DNA of 64,000 bases from Eledone cirrhosa (Eukaryota), in the NCBI GenBank assembly GCA_964016885.1, contig OZ024740.1:198152001-198216000 (forward strand), read 5' to 3'. Position numbers and translations under genes: made by a program. Of the stretch, positions 15,276-29,252 are shown piece after piece (the stretch's first letter is position 1; each line of letters opens with the position of its first letter). Under the pieces are notes generated by a model. It saw only the letters and a list, made by a program, of their open reading frames with translations. It was not told the origin of the DNA and did no database searches.

Positions 15276-18200
15276 CTAGCTGAGCTACCCGGTGATACTC
15301 GGCTATTTCATGAAAGTTACAATATATTTGGCACACATTACAAAATATTAGACCATTAAAATATGATTGCTGAATTTTAACCAAAGTAGGAATTATAACA
15401 GAATATTTATTGCCGTTTGGTCAAAGTAAATCATCAAGATAAAAATATTAGTTTTTTCCAGTGGTGATTTTTTGAATACTGCTCCCTATTACAGTCAGCA
15501 TATATAATGCATTACTCATAGATGAATCATTAGGTATGTTGTCAGTGAAAAGTGCATGACCAAAAAAATACATTGAGATTTTTTTTATTTATTCTTTTCT
15601 TTCTTTTTTCTTCTATTTTTTTTGCTCAATCTGAACCTCTGAAATTCAAACAACATGTAAAGACTATTTAAAAAACCATAAATAAAATAAGAAAATAAAT
15701 TTAGCATTGGTTTATGATTGAATGAAGCATTTACTTACTCATTTCTGTAATTCGGGGAAAGTGTATTTAAATTTGTACACTATAGCTTTCACCAATCTTT
15801 GCCTCTATGGCAGTAGGATCTTGTTTGAGAGAGATTTGTTTTCTAATTCTATTATTTATACCAACAGTTATAGTGGCTCACATGACATACATAGATACAT
15901 ACACACACATGTATGTGTGTAAGACAGTTGTTTGTGATTTGAAATGGATTTTGCTAATATTTTTAGTAGATCGAGTTATCACATAGAACCATTCCTTTTT
16001 GCTTCATACATATATACATACGTGAGAAAGTAAGGTGGGATTTGAAGGAAATTTGGCTGCTATTTCTACCCAACAAAGTCCTCACTTATACTACTTTATA
16101 TAGCAGAGGTACCCGGGAATGCCTACATATTCTTCCAAAGTAACATCATGCAGTAAATTTGCGGCTTCAGAATTCCTTGCAAACTACATGACTAAGGAAT
16201 TAGGAACTCTATGTATTGTCATTGAATGAGGAATTACGACATAGCTCATTCCAAAGCTTCTGGATAAACAACATTCTTGGTTTTGCCCTGTGGTGCCACA
16301 ATGAAGAGACATTGAGGGTTCCCAATAGAGTTGACCATGTGAAAAGACAGGATCTGCCAGATTCAACCCAACGACTTTAAAGGATTGCCGTTGAGATGTA
16401 TTAATGGTCATGGCAAAACTGAGCCTGATCGGAACTTGAAGTCTTTGAAATTCAAATGGCAAATCAGTTGGCTTCAGAGGTATTCTGGGAATGAAATTAT
16501 TGTCACCAGCAAATTTTCCTGACATGATTGCAGCTTCTAGAACATTGGACATCATATTTTTGATGATGAGTCTTGTGCCATTACAAAGTTTTGGAGGATC
16601 CAGATTGCAAAGTAGCATAACCGATGCTCCAAGCTTCAGTATCAGGTTGTGTGGAGGAATTCCCGCTTGTTCAAGACTGTTCAAAAATTCAGTTGGATAG
16701 TTTACAACCTGGTCTTGAGAAGTGATTGTGTCAACTGATCTGTGGCATATTTTCTCTCCGGGTAACATCTCCAGCAGCCTTCTGTTGATTTCTTTCACAG
16801 CAACATATTTAGGTGCTAAGATTGCTCGTTAACAGAGCCATTTCGGATCACATTGCGTGGTATGAATGTTTGGTAACACTCTGGCAATCAGCTCTTGTTC
16901 TGTGTCAATGATATGGCCAAATGACAAGTGAATATGGTCATTGGAGTCCTTTTCAAGAAGTCCATTTCCAATTTAAGTAGTTGGATGGCAAACTCACTGA
17001 CACCTTTGTCACCAGTTAAGTGCACGCGCTGTTGGTTGTAAGGCCCAGCAGCTGAAAGTAGGGCCAGAGAGAGGATGTTTTCAGACAGGCATTGACCTGA
17101 TCAGCTCGAGTCCCTCGAAGAATTACAGGCAGAGTTTGTCTGAAATCACCAGCAAGACCATTGTCACTCCTCCCATTATGCAACTATTTTCTCTCAGATC
17201 CCTTATCGTCCGGTCCAAAGCTTCAATTGCTCCTTTATGGCTCATAGTAGCTTCATCCCAAATTATCATGTTGCATGTTTGCAGAAGATTGCCTTTGGGT
17301 GAGTTATTCTTGGTGTTGCAAAAAGATTGTTCATGCCGTGTGAGATCTATGGGCAGCTTAAACATGGAGTGTGCAGTTCTTCCTCCATCCAGAAATGTTG
17401 CTGCAATGCCATTTGAAGCCACGGCAGGGGCAATATGTTGCTTTTGGCGAACTTTTGCAAGCAGGGGGTTTATGAGGAGTATCTTGCCTGTGTCAGCAGG
17501 AGCATCGATGAAGAAAAGTCCTCCCCTGTCATTTTGAATGTTTCGATGATGTTGTGGTAGGCGTATTTCTGGTCATCCATCAATCGATGTTCATCTTCAT
17601 CCACAAACTTACGCAATGCTTGAATATCGTAGTTTGTCTCCTGAAAGATGTCTTGTGCTACCTCCATTTCTTCATCTAGCTCTGGCATCCCGCAATTAGC
17701 TAATGTGCTATTCATTGCTTGAACTCGATGGGACAGGTCACAGAGAGCTTGATTGTAAATCCTGGGGGTATATTCCATATACATATTGCCATGATGTCTT
17801 CGGGCTAGGTGTAGATAGTCGTCCGACATATTGTTTTTGTACTCCTGCCAGAGTAGATGAGCTTCATCAATTCCACATGCTGTGAGCATAATAGCAAATA
17901 ATTGTCTTATTTGACTGGCTATTTGAGTGATTGCTGCTTCTTCCAGTCTCCATTGTCATGCAGGAGTCCATGCTGTTTATATGCTTCTTGGTATGTTGCG
18001 CACCACCTTCCTCTGAAGCACCTAATATCCTCGAACATATGCAGAAGTAGCCGTAAATAAAAACATTCTCTGTTGTTGGGATGGACATTGTAAACACGCC
18101 CAATAGCATCACTTGACTTGACTTCATGACCTTCCACTAAATGACCCTGCTTTCTTCGATTCCAGGTCTTGCAATTAGTCCACGTGTAGTATGTTGGGAC

Positions 18201-21200
18201 TTCAGCATATAGGAGGGGTCGATCAAATTCATCATTCTGGCAGAGTTTAAAGAAAGCAGTTAGTGTAGTGTCATGTGATGCTTGTGCCAACTGATGAGCA
18301 GTTAACTCAGTGAAGTACACTCTCTGTCCATTTTCCAGATGGACTGAGAGGTTGACCACCGTTGGGTGGCGTTGGTGGATATCAAATCCAAAGATTCGCC
18401 AGATAGCTTTATTGCTGGAGATGTATCCACCTGTTTGATACCGTTTGACCTCATCCAGCCCACCATCATTGAGTTCTTTGTCAGTAATAAAGGTTGCCAT
18501 GTCACTGTCCTTGTTGATATATGTTGTGACATATAGAATTGCCTTGACGGAGCTGCAATACTGAACATTGATATGAGCTTTCAAAAGTTTACACAACAAT
18601 TTGTTGTGTGGGACGACCCACTGATTGTTTATGGTCAGCTCCTCTACTCGAACTGTTAGGCTTGCAGTATTGGCTCCATGTTCTGGTCTACACCTACGAT
18701 AAAGGGGGTATCCATTATTGTCATTCCGAGTTTCCCGATTGTCATTCCGAGTTTCTAGGATAATGTTGGCTGCATTTTTGATGTTTCATGCAGGGAGAGG
18801 CTGGATTGATGACTCCACATGGACCATGAATGGAATTTGGACTTGATGGTTTCAAAGAGCTCTCGATCACCACCATTATCAGGCAACTCTGCTGAAATGA
18901 TCTTATCAACATCATCTGGTCTTATCTTCTCCTTGCACCAGATTAGTGTGTGAGAGTGAGGAAGACCTCTCTTCTGCCACTCAATAGTGGTCATCCAAGC
19001 ACTAAGCTCACCAAAGATACTTACTTCTTTTAGGAGCCAGATTATATTATTTTTTTGCTTTTCATCGAAAACCCGAGCAATGAGGTCATGTCGATCCTTT
19101 GGTGTTTGATTTTGAAATAATTCATTTGATATTTCTGACCAGTTTGAATTGCATGTAAATGTAATGAAGAGATCTGGCCGACCGAATCTTCTGAAATAGG
19201 CCATTGCATCTTGCGTACGTTCATGCATGTAACGTGGTCCTCCCGTGAAGCTTGATGGTAGTATGACTGGCTGGCCAATATTTCTTGGGTCAACATCAGA
19301 ATTGATAGCATCTCTAAGGTGGATGTAGTTATCTGCCCTTAACTTAGTTTGATTCCTTCGCAGAAAACCCAATTTTTCTGTTTCAATTTTGGCATAAATG
19401 TCCACCATGAACTGGCTGGTTACTTCTTTGAATCCCAGAACTTGGTTGAAGTGATCACGTACCATGAAATGACAAGCATAGAATTCTTTGCAGCTGATTG
19501 ATCGGCCAGCTTCTTGTCCCGTTCCTGGGCTGATCTGCCGTAGCCGAAAATGATATCCATCTTGACCATTCCAAAAGATGAGCGGATATTGGAGTGAAAC
19601 ATAGGCTCTATGAGTTTCAAAAATTCCCTCCAAATGTCCACTTTGGCTTTGCAAAACAATGTCACGTCGTTCATGCTGTTCATCATCCATTATGATTGCA
19701 ACTTGATCAGTGACAGGTGCATTGAATATGCGTTCATGTTCTGAAACTGGGCGTTTTCCTGTCCTAATGATGATTTTACGATCTCTTGTGTTGTTCATAT
19801 GCTCCAGTGCATATTTAAATACACTGACGTACATGTGATGTTGGTGAAGCATTTCGTGTAAGTTTATGAATATGTATAACTGCAATACACCATGGACATT
19901 GATGCATCTTTGTTGTGCCTGTGTTTCATTTCCACCCATGAAGTAAACCTGCACAAATTTGTGATCCTCCTGAGAAAGTGGTAGAAGGCCACCCATTAAG
20001 TGGTAACACTGTCCCTGAATGTTATAAGTTGTACAGAATCTAAAGTCAGTCACATTCCTGTCAGCCCCAAAAGAAGTCATTTGAAAGGCAGAATTATATT
20101 TTATGATGTATTTATTGAAGTGTCGTGATTCTGGTGTATGCTGAAGGAGCAGATTCTTCAGAAATTCAGAGGTTCTTGTATTGTTTTAAGGCTCACTTTA
20201 CCTTTTGAGCAGCATAGACTTAGTGTTTCTGCTGACCACTTCTTGGCACCACAATACTGGCAGCATTTGTTCATTTCCCAATGTTGATTTGTGGATTACT
20301 GCTGTAGTCCTTTTGGGCGTCATGAGAAAAAGCACCCATCAACCAGTTCATTTTACTTGTGGCTTGTTCTCCTGCTCGGGCAGTAGAACGATGTGCTTGA
20401 TTAGCATTTGGTGTGTTAATTTCTGTATTAATTCAAATAACAGCAGAAAATAATATATTCAAATAATATCTTTTAAAAATACCGTTTTTTTGTCTGTTAA
20501 ATACATACATATATACAACTTCTATAAAGGCATCTGTGATATCTTTAGACATTAGAAAATAAGCTTTGATGGTAACATATATCGTTTGCTAAAGAACGCC
20601 CCCCCATAACACACATATGTGTGTGTAAATGTATATATATAAACGCGGACACATAAATAACATTGGGAGAGTTAAGAAGTGTGTAAAAATAATAAATAAA
20701 TAAAAGTTAATGAACGCTGGCTGCTTTCTCTCTCTCTCTCCCATCCCATTACTCTCTCTCATTTTCTCTCTCACATCCCCCCTCTCTCTACAGAATAGAG
20801 AACAACAAATAAAGAAAAGATAAATAACGCTAAGGAAGTGGGAGAGTTAAAATTGTGTAAAAATAATAAATAAATAAAAGTTAACAACGCTTGTTGTTTT
20901 CCCCCTCTCTCTTTCATCGACTTTCTCTCTCATCTCCTTGCTCTCTTTCTTTCTCTCTCACATCATCTTACTCTCTCTCTCTCCCATCTCCCACTCTCTC
21001 ACTTTATCTCTCATCCCTTACTCTCTCTCTCTTTCACTCTCCCATCCCGCACTCCCTTATCTACAGACTGGAGAACATAATAAAACAAAATGGATGATCT
21101 CTTTTGATATTCATTAGAAAATAAGATAAATTGAATTTAAATGAATTCCTTGCTTTGCAAAGTAAAACTTTTTCGACCGTTACCTGTCCGAGTGTATAGT

Positions 21201-21297
21201 GAATATGTACATGTAATTCTGAGGGGTTTGGTTCGGTTTATTGCTAGTTTTAGGCGGACACACAGAATCGTAAACTTGCATTTATATATATATATAT
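15276..21297 (-). mobile_element. Decayed autonomous-type Helitron (Rep HUH plus Pif1-like helicase), ~6 kb, both termini recognisable
   Basis: Rep motifs PDLFITFTCN, EWQKRGLPHSH, YVTTYINK. Helicase motifs DAPADTGK, ASNGIAAT, IIWDEATM, KLCNGTRL, FAMTINTSQRQS, VFSHGQLY in frameshifted ORFs 16184-20080. 3' end: hairpin ccgagtatcaccgg then CTAG|T (15276-15279). 5' end: tatatataaatgcaag..tgtgtgtccg at ~21297. Confidence 0.92.
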
Positions 21298-21467
21298 AGG
21301 TAAGTTATCGGAGGTAACCACAGTAAGTAAGGTACTACATACATAGCACAGTATAAAAGTTTTAATATAGATGAGATTCTACAGGACTAGAATTGTTTCA
21401 TTCTTTTAAAATCATCATGATTTCTAAAGAATGAAACAGTTCTAGTCCTGTAGAATCTCATCTATAT

Positions 21468-21470
<3 letters not shown>
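21298..21470. mobile_element. Short palindromic element, family D (fold-back centre inside the HHR core)
   Basis: taatatagatgagattctacaggactagaa.tgtttcattcttt..aaatca is mirrored by tgatttctaaagaatgaaacagttctagtcctgtagaatctcatctatatta. Tail on the left, (TA)n on both sides. Confidence 0.85.
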
Positions 21471-21554
<84 letters not shown>

Positions 21555-21960
21555 TGTGTGAGAGAGAGAGAGACATAGAGATAGATAGATAGATAGATAC
21601 ATAGATAGATAGATATAAATCAGCATGGATTCAGCTTGAAACTGGTTAGACCTTTACTCACCAGAGTACTCGAGATTTGGGGTAGTAGAGTATGATAATT
21701 ATTATAAAGAGTCATGTAGTTCTAGACTGGAACTAGCTGTTGAGACGGCAAGGTCACAGCCGTTGGGGTCCTGACTATTTATTATATATATATATATATA
21801 TATAGTAATAATAATAATAATAATAATAATAGTAATAATAATAATAATAATAATAATAGTAATAATAATAAATTTGAAGACTAAAATCCAAAGAGGCCTC
21901 GATAAGGATAAATATATATCAGATATATAAGAACCGCAGAGCAAATATTTATTAAAATAA

Positions 21961-22072
21961 CAGATTAAAGTTTAAGCAAAGAATCGCTGCTTTCACCCTT
22001 AACGGGATCTTCTGAAACTCAGAAGATCCCGTTAAGGGTGAAAGCAGCGATTCTTTGCTTAAACTTTAATCT
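21961..22072. repeat. Perfect ~55-bp-arm palindrome, family E, HHR-like
   Basis: cagattaaagtttaagcaaagaatcgctgctttcacccttaacgggatcttctga-aac-tcagaagatcccgttaagggtgaaagcagcgattctttgcttaaactttaatctg. Contains CAGAAGA uCCC-guuaa-GGGu GAAA. A second fragment lies at 34292-34333. Confidence 0.85.
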
Positions 22073-22199
<127 letters not shown>

Positions 22200-22201
22200 G
22201 C

Positions 22202-22352
22202 GATCGTCTTCCCTACAGTTTTCATCTACCAAATTATATTCACAAGGAAGTATTCAACCCTGGGTATTAGTAGAAGAGAGTTGTTCAAGGTGCCCTTCAG
22301 TGGGACTAGATCCCAAATCACATAGTTGCCAATCAAAGTCCTGAACCCTACA
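22202..22352 (-). mobile_element. Old tRNA-derived SINE, second family
   Basis: Minus strand: tRNA-like head, then caccttgaacaactctcttctacta...cttgtgaatataatttggtagatgaaaactgtagggaag. Related remnants at ~32502-32551, ~43175-43210 and 57950-58083. Confidence 0.6.
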
Positions 22353-23111
22353 ATCATTTCTGTGTCAATAATGCATGTCTGTGCCTAACAAAATTATATG
22401 TACATAAAAATATTCTCCCAGGCTGGTCACTGACGTTTTTTTTTCAATGCTGCAGGTAATCAATAACAGGCGAGGTAAGCCATAAGTTAGCCTCCAATTG
22501 TTTCTGAGTCTCTTTTATAGAATATACGCTTCAGTGATTTCAATAAAGTACTTCAGAAACTAATCTAGATGTTCCATCCTTTTGCCAACACAACATTTCA
22601 AAATTATTTTCATTTTTATTGTTTTTGTTAGTAATAGCCCAGAGCTGACCAATGTATTCTGGCAAGTATTTGTTGCCGTTTCAATGGAATTTCTTTCTAA
22701 ACGAAACCTTTTATCATTGATACAGCCTGCAGTCCTTCCTTACTGCTTAATTACTTCTGCCCCAGCTGTCTTTCTTTTAGTTACTAATGCTAAACTGCTA
22801 TTCAGGTATGACTATTCCGCTATGATAGTGCTGGAAGGTAGTTAATATATAGTTTACTTTGTCCACTTGCCGTAGCTCGGAAGTTCAGCTCTTGGCACGT
22901 TCTAAGTGTTCATGTATTAATTTTTCTGGTTGGGTCAAACTATGTCAAGAACACATATATACATTTGCATTAGCATTTATTCAATCTCAAAACGCTTCTA
23001 GTTTTATGTAGCAGAGAATTCACTCTTTCACAATTCTTTGTCCAAGCTACTGCATTATACCAATACTACTTTACTGCCTTTCACCTACACTCACTATCAA
23101 CATTATCGTTT

Positions 23112-23313
23112 ATACTTTTGGCACCAGGACAGAAATTTGAAGAGAAAGGGAAAGTCGCTTAAATCGACCCCAATGTGTTACTGCTACTTAACTTTATCAA
23201 CCCCAAGAGGATGAAATGTAAAGCTAACCCCGGTAGGATTTGAATTCCAAGCATAAAGGGCGGTAAGTATAAGCCGCAACGAATGTTGTCCGACACCCTA
23301 CAGATACTACCCA
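23112..23313 (-). mobile_element. Older diverged copy of the main SINE family
   Basis: Reverse complement carries gaattcaaatcctaccgggg..tttcatcctcttggggttgataaa..tggggtcgattt. Confidence 0.65.
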
Positions 23314-23482
23314 GAGTTGCTGTAGCTTGCCTGAAGCATTATGTTAAGTGTAGAAAATAATGTTTGATTAGAAAGCTACCAAAATATGAATCGGACATTG
23401 ATTATTAAAAATATGATGATAACACTTTGCAGTTGTTTAATGGTCATTATATTTCGGCATAAATTATCTTCAACAAAAGGAT

Positions 23483-23670
23483 GTGGATTGGCAGTATCGG
23501 TAGAGGGTCGGACACCATGCTTTGACGTATAGAGTTATGGCCCTTGCCATTCTGAGTTCAAATCCCGCCGAGGTTAACTTTGCCTTTCATCCTTATGGGG
23601 TCGATAAAATAAAGTACCAGTAATGCACTGGGTAATTGCTGGCCTTGTGCCAAACGTAGAAACAATTATT
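23483..23670 (+). mobile_element. tRNA-derived SINE (main family)
   Basis: A-box-like tggcagtatcgg, B-box gagttcaaatcc, core gcctttcatccttatggggtcgataaaataaagtaccag, tail ggccttgtgccaaacgtagaaacaattatt. Confidence 0.88.
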
Positions 23671-24036
23671 AGGGAAACTCACTCAGATTCTTGTCGCTCT
23701 TGAGCTGCAATTTTGAAAATTTTAAATATTTTTATCCCAACGATGGATGTGGCGAATTGATCATGTGGTATGTGTTTTAGGCTATGTTTTGATTCAAGAT
23801 ATGGTCATATCTATTTTTGAATTGAAGTGAAATGTGGGTATGGGTGTGTCTATGTTAGCCACTGCTCATTGAATTTTAATCTGATGTTGATCTGGGGTTT
23901 GAACTTAGCTATTAGAATAGCTTTTTAGGCTGCCATTACCAGTATTCATATGCCTGGCTTCGATAATAACTTATATCTTTATAGATATGCTTAGACTTTT
24001 CCCTCTCTCTGTATACACATACACACACACACACAC

Positions 24037-24162
<126 letters not shown>

Positions 24163-24961
24163 CTATATATGCACACACACGCATATATATATATATCAAA
24201 CTGAAGGACCTTTAATAGGAAAGTATCGTAACAGTTGTAGACGGGGTGAGTAGGTATAACATATGGTGTTTTTGATTCTTGCTAGGAGACAACCATTAAA
24301 ATGTTAGGTACGGTTACTGGACAATAACGGAGACAACCAAGAAAGTGGTTATGTACGGTAAATGGTGAATAACTGAACGGTATCGATCCAATTTGAAAAA
24401 GAATTATCCCTTTCCTTGTCATTTAGGCCGAAAGAAAGTCAGGCGTTCGCAAGTAAATCTAGAATATAAAAGAAGTTGAAGTTCACTGGCGTATAAACAG
24501 CATATGGTATCTCAGCAAAGTCATTAAAAGTCAATAACTCATGATGATTTTCAACGTGTTATGCTTGAAAAGAATATGTATAAAGAAGCAACCAGTTTCT
24601 TTAGAAATACCATTCTATTTTCAGTTGAACTAAAAGTAACAGCAAAAACCAATTAAAGGATATGTAAAAGACTGGCCACGACTTCCAGTGAAATAATACA
24701 TAGACGATCGCAGCAGACTGAGTGTTTCTATATTGGTCTATATATAATGAAGGTCGGTAAATAGTAATTCAGCTACAATGAAGCTTATAGTGACAAACGC
24801 AATAATGACATGCAATTCATAGGCACTCCTCCTCGAATATATATATGTATATATATGTGTGTGCGTGTGTGTATATTTATTTATATATATATACACATAT
24901 ATATACATGCATATATATATATATATATACATATATATACATGCATATATATGTGTATATA

Positions 24962-25011
<50 letters not shown>

Positions 25012-25014
<3 letters not shown>

Positions 25015-25383
25015 CAGGAGACTGGACTGGTGTAATTCCTTAAAAGTTTTATTATACTATGATCATTACAATGACCGGGTTCAGTATGAATTAGGTGACA
25101 TCATCAGGTATTCGAAATGTTATATTTCGAATACCTGATGATGTCACCGGATTCATACTGAACCCGGTCATTGTAATGATCATAGTATAATAAAACTTTT
25201 AAGGAATTACACCAGTCCAGTCTCCTGTTATTTTATAATAATTAACTCCGTACTCGCACCACCAACTACACAAACGAAGACGGGTGAGTTGCATTACGTT
25301 GAGTGCTCTCCATAATATTACATCGAGGTTGACCATACGGAATGACCAGTTCTATCCAGTGGTGAACCAACAAACCTAAATAA

Positions 25384-25385
<2 letters not shown>
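25012..25385. mobile_element. Palindromic pLTR-like element, family F, with degenerate HHRs
   Basis: Arms 25012-25118 and 25124-25230, tail 25231-25385, (TA)n flanks. Motif: auac CUGAUGA...GAAc cc GGUCAUU-gu-AAUGAUC aua^ guau, then AATAAA. Confidence 0.85.
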
Positions 25386-25428
<43 letters not shown>

Positions 25429-27953
25429 GCGTAAATGAATACAAAATTAGTCAATTATTATAAATAATAGCTGAAAAAGTCGAGTAAAATACTTCTGGAG
25501 ACGGCAAAGGTGGAGGATAGAGGAATCAGCGAGGAATCGAAACCCACATCTGTAGAATGGCCAGAATTGCAACGTTTCCAATGATTTTTCAGTCAACCGG
25601 TTATTTACACTTCTAACCACAGACTTATAGTCTTTTGAAAAATGGAATTAATGACCTGTGACTCTTTAGCGTAGTGGCTAACGCCTTCGCTCGGGAGAAG
25701 TGTAGTTTGACTCCTCAAATCTGTTTAAGTCCACATTTCTCCTCTTATGTTGTACGTTATCCGAATTCCTCAGCTATCATGTATAGTGACTATTATCATA
25801 TCCATGTTATTATAGTGATATGCAGTAGGAAGACTGCATAACAGAAATTCAAATATAATCTAAAGCAAACCAATTACATTTTCCATCGAAATTTCTAAAT
25901 TAATGAATGCCTGAACTAATCGCAAAGAATTCTTTGATTGGTTACCCTGCAAACCAAAGTATTTATTGAGGAATGGTTTGTATCAAATCATGATGAAGCA
26001 TATTTATTTTTTCAGCCTGGATGTCCATGCGCACGATAGTTCAAAATATTTACGCAACTCTCCTTCATATATAAGAAAACCTAGATTCAATCACACAGCA
26101 ATATATGTTTCTTTATGGATGTCAATATTATTGAAATGAATCACATGCAGCCAATCATTAGCGTTCTTGAGTGTAACATATTGCAAAATAGCTCTTAGGC
26201 ATAAACATTGATCGAATCAAAGTTTAGTACGTTTTTGAAGATAAAGGCTTGTCATATTTAGATTCATGCATAACATATTCAGTCAGAATGTGACCAGAAA
26301 TCTTATCCAAACTTGTTAAATATTGATTGTCAATAACGTTGCTTATGTATTCTGGTAAAACTTGCTTTTGATATATATTTAGATGTTGTAAACTTTGAAA
26401 TGAAACAAGCAGATAAAGAGTGTCTGTTGCATTACGTAAACTATAAAGATTGCTTCGATAGTAAAGATAGATGGATATCATCCTTCACAAATCTCCGTCT
26501 ATTCAATATAGTTTCTAATGAATTTTGAAAGAGACAACCAAACAATTGAAATGCATGAATTGTCCGTTATGTAACCCGAAGAAATAGTTATTATTATGGT
26601 CGATCTCATTATCTTGTTATTGGAAATATTGTGAGGGGAAATTGAAAATACACCAAAGAAACAAAAACAAAAACAACATAAATTCAGCTAGAGGTACAGC
26701 GGACCTAAAATTTCAAGACATCTTCATGCGCTGATAAATCATCTATAGTTACGTTACTGGTAACAGTTATACACTCCTGCAAATGATATGACCTCAGTAA
26801 AAATCAGCGTGAAGCTGGGGTATACTGGGCGATTAGTTAAGGTTTGATAATGACAATTGTTATATGGTGGAAAACATATTAAGTGACAACGAACGTGAGG
26901 AAGGCTTTGGAATATATCCAGTACTTATAAATGGTACAAGGTATCAAACAAAATTCCCCCGGTATAACAACTGAAATTAGTATAGAAGTAAATAGATATA
27001 TATATATTAGTCTCGTTCTAGTGGAATCAAATGTAATATGGATCGCCATCGATTTCAACGAGTGTTGTCTGTTCAACGAAACAGGCTTCTCATTTAATGA
27101 AAGTGAATACGTAAGCTTATCGTAATTCTCAAGACGATTCTGTGTGACAGTATGTAACAATGTCGGCCATTTGAATTATAGGTAGAATTTATTGGATCCA
27201 TCGGAGGTAAACATTACTTCAAAATGGTGCACTGTGTGATCTAACCCGAAACGCGGTGATTGTGAAGCGAACGTTAAAACCATTTCTCCATGGTACGTTC
27301 ATTATATAGTAGGATAGATGAATAGCCGTAAGGTATTTAATTAATTACCAAACAACAATATATGATTTCTATTCAACTACTAGAAATAGTTGCCAAATAT
27401 ACTTCAAATGCTGCAGTAAATCATAAATAACTAATGACACATAGGATAATACAGTTGTAAAAATAGTAAAGCTGAAAATCAAATGAAAACTTTTAGTCAT
27501 AGCCCAGCTGCATCGGAGCTGAGTACGTTATGTTGTCTATATTATTAAGATGAATAAAAATATTTAACCAAACATGGGCTCTGAACTGATGAGGTCGTAG
27601 GGGGACGTCATGATACACAGTGTAGTTTTACCATTTTAAAGCCTGGTGGCTTCTGAACAACGCTGACTTCTGAGAGATATATAGAGTGTGAGATATTGTG
27701 TATGTGTGTAGGTGTTTGTGAGAGAAATAGATAGATAGATAGATAGATAGAGAGAGAGAGTGAGAGAGAGAGAAAGAAATAGAGTGAGTGAGAGAGAGAG
27801 TGAGAGAGAAAACATTGATCTCAATATTTGACTAGTACTATATCAAACTTGAAAGGATGAAAAGTAACATGGGACTCATCGGGATTTAAACAGAGTTCAG
27901 AAGGCCGGAACGAAAACTGCAAGCCATTCTATCGGACATTATATCGTTTCTAT

Positions 27954-28140
27954 GGGGATTGGCAGCATCGGTAGAGAGTCAGACGCCATGCATTGCAGCA
28001 GAAAGTTACGGCCCCTTATGGTCTGAGTTCAAATCCTGCCGAGGTTAACTTTGCCTTTCATCCTTACGGGGTCGATAAAATAAAGTACCAGTAATGCACT
28101 GGGTAATCGCTGGCCTTGTGCCTAAAAGTAGAAACAATTA
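27954..28140 (+). mobile_element. SINE (main family) with target-site duplication, nested in an older antisense SINE
   Basis: Full SINE. TSD attatatcgttt(c/t)ta at 27938-27952 and 28137-28151. Older copy at ~27828-27950 on the minus strand. Confidence 0.85.
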
Positions 28141-28458
28141 TATCGTTTTTACAACTTCGTCGCCTCTACAGCATTTAAACTGAGGCATGACTTCCTGTAC
28201 CGCCATATTTTGAGGACAGCGTGTAGAAAGTATAGTTAGAACATCTATTACTAAGGCAAAGAAAATTAGTAGCTTATTGTCGAGATGAAGTGAAATTTGT
28301 AGATATTACAGAAGTGTATATTAACTTCTAATTGTTATTTCCTCTAAGGGCAAAGTAAACATACCCCGAATATATTTCTATTGGTATTTGAGAATGTTAA
28401 TGCTAGACAGAAGAAACCGGCCTACAAGGGAAGTACAATTACTAATATCATATAATAT

Positions 28459-28838
28459 AATTGTTTCTACTTTTGGTACAAGGCCAGCAATTATCCCAGT
28501 GTATTACTGGTACTTTATTTTATCGACCCCATAAGGATGAAAGGCAAAGTTAACCATGGCGGGATTTGAAACTCAGATCATAAAGGGCCGTAACTCTTTG
28601 CTGCAAAGCATGGCGTCTGACTCTCTACCGATACTGCCATAATATAATATAATTGTTTCTACTTTAGTCACAAGGCCAGCAATTACCCAGTACATTACTG
28701 GTACTTTATTTTATCGAACCCGTAAGGATGAGAGGCAAAGTCAACCTCGGCGGGATTTGAACTCAGATTGTAAAGGGACGTAACTATGCTGGAAAGCATG
28801 GCGTCCAATCCTCTACCGATACTGCCAATTTACCGCCC
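28459..28838 (-). mobile_element. Two tandem SINE copies (main family)
   Basis: Copies at 28459-28639 and 28651-28838, each with A/B boxes and core, separated by (aatat)n. Confidence 0.88.
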
Positions 28839-29119
28839 ATAATATAATATAATACAATCAATATAATATAATATATGTTCCCTCTTAAGTATTATATCAT
28901 AATGTTTGAGATATTCGGTTTTTATATCTGGTGATGGCTATGTGGTTCTTGCTGGTGTACTACACCGTATCTTGACCTCACGGCTGCTAAGTAATAGGAC
29001 CTAGTTATCATGAAGTTTTGCCAATAATATTATAGAAAATGCTTTAGAATAGATATTATGAATCTTGTAGCTAGGACATATTTCTGATTCTTACATTCCC
29101 TAATATCAACACACACACA

Positions 29120-29252
<133 letters not shown>

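Noticed and set aside
25480-25730. tRNA-like A/B boxes (tagcgtagtgg..gtttgactcc; ggtttcgattcc on minus)
   Set aside because: No cloverleaf; probably decayed SINE heads, not tRNA genes.
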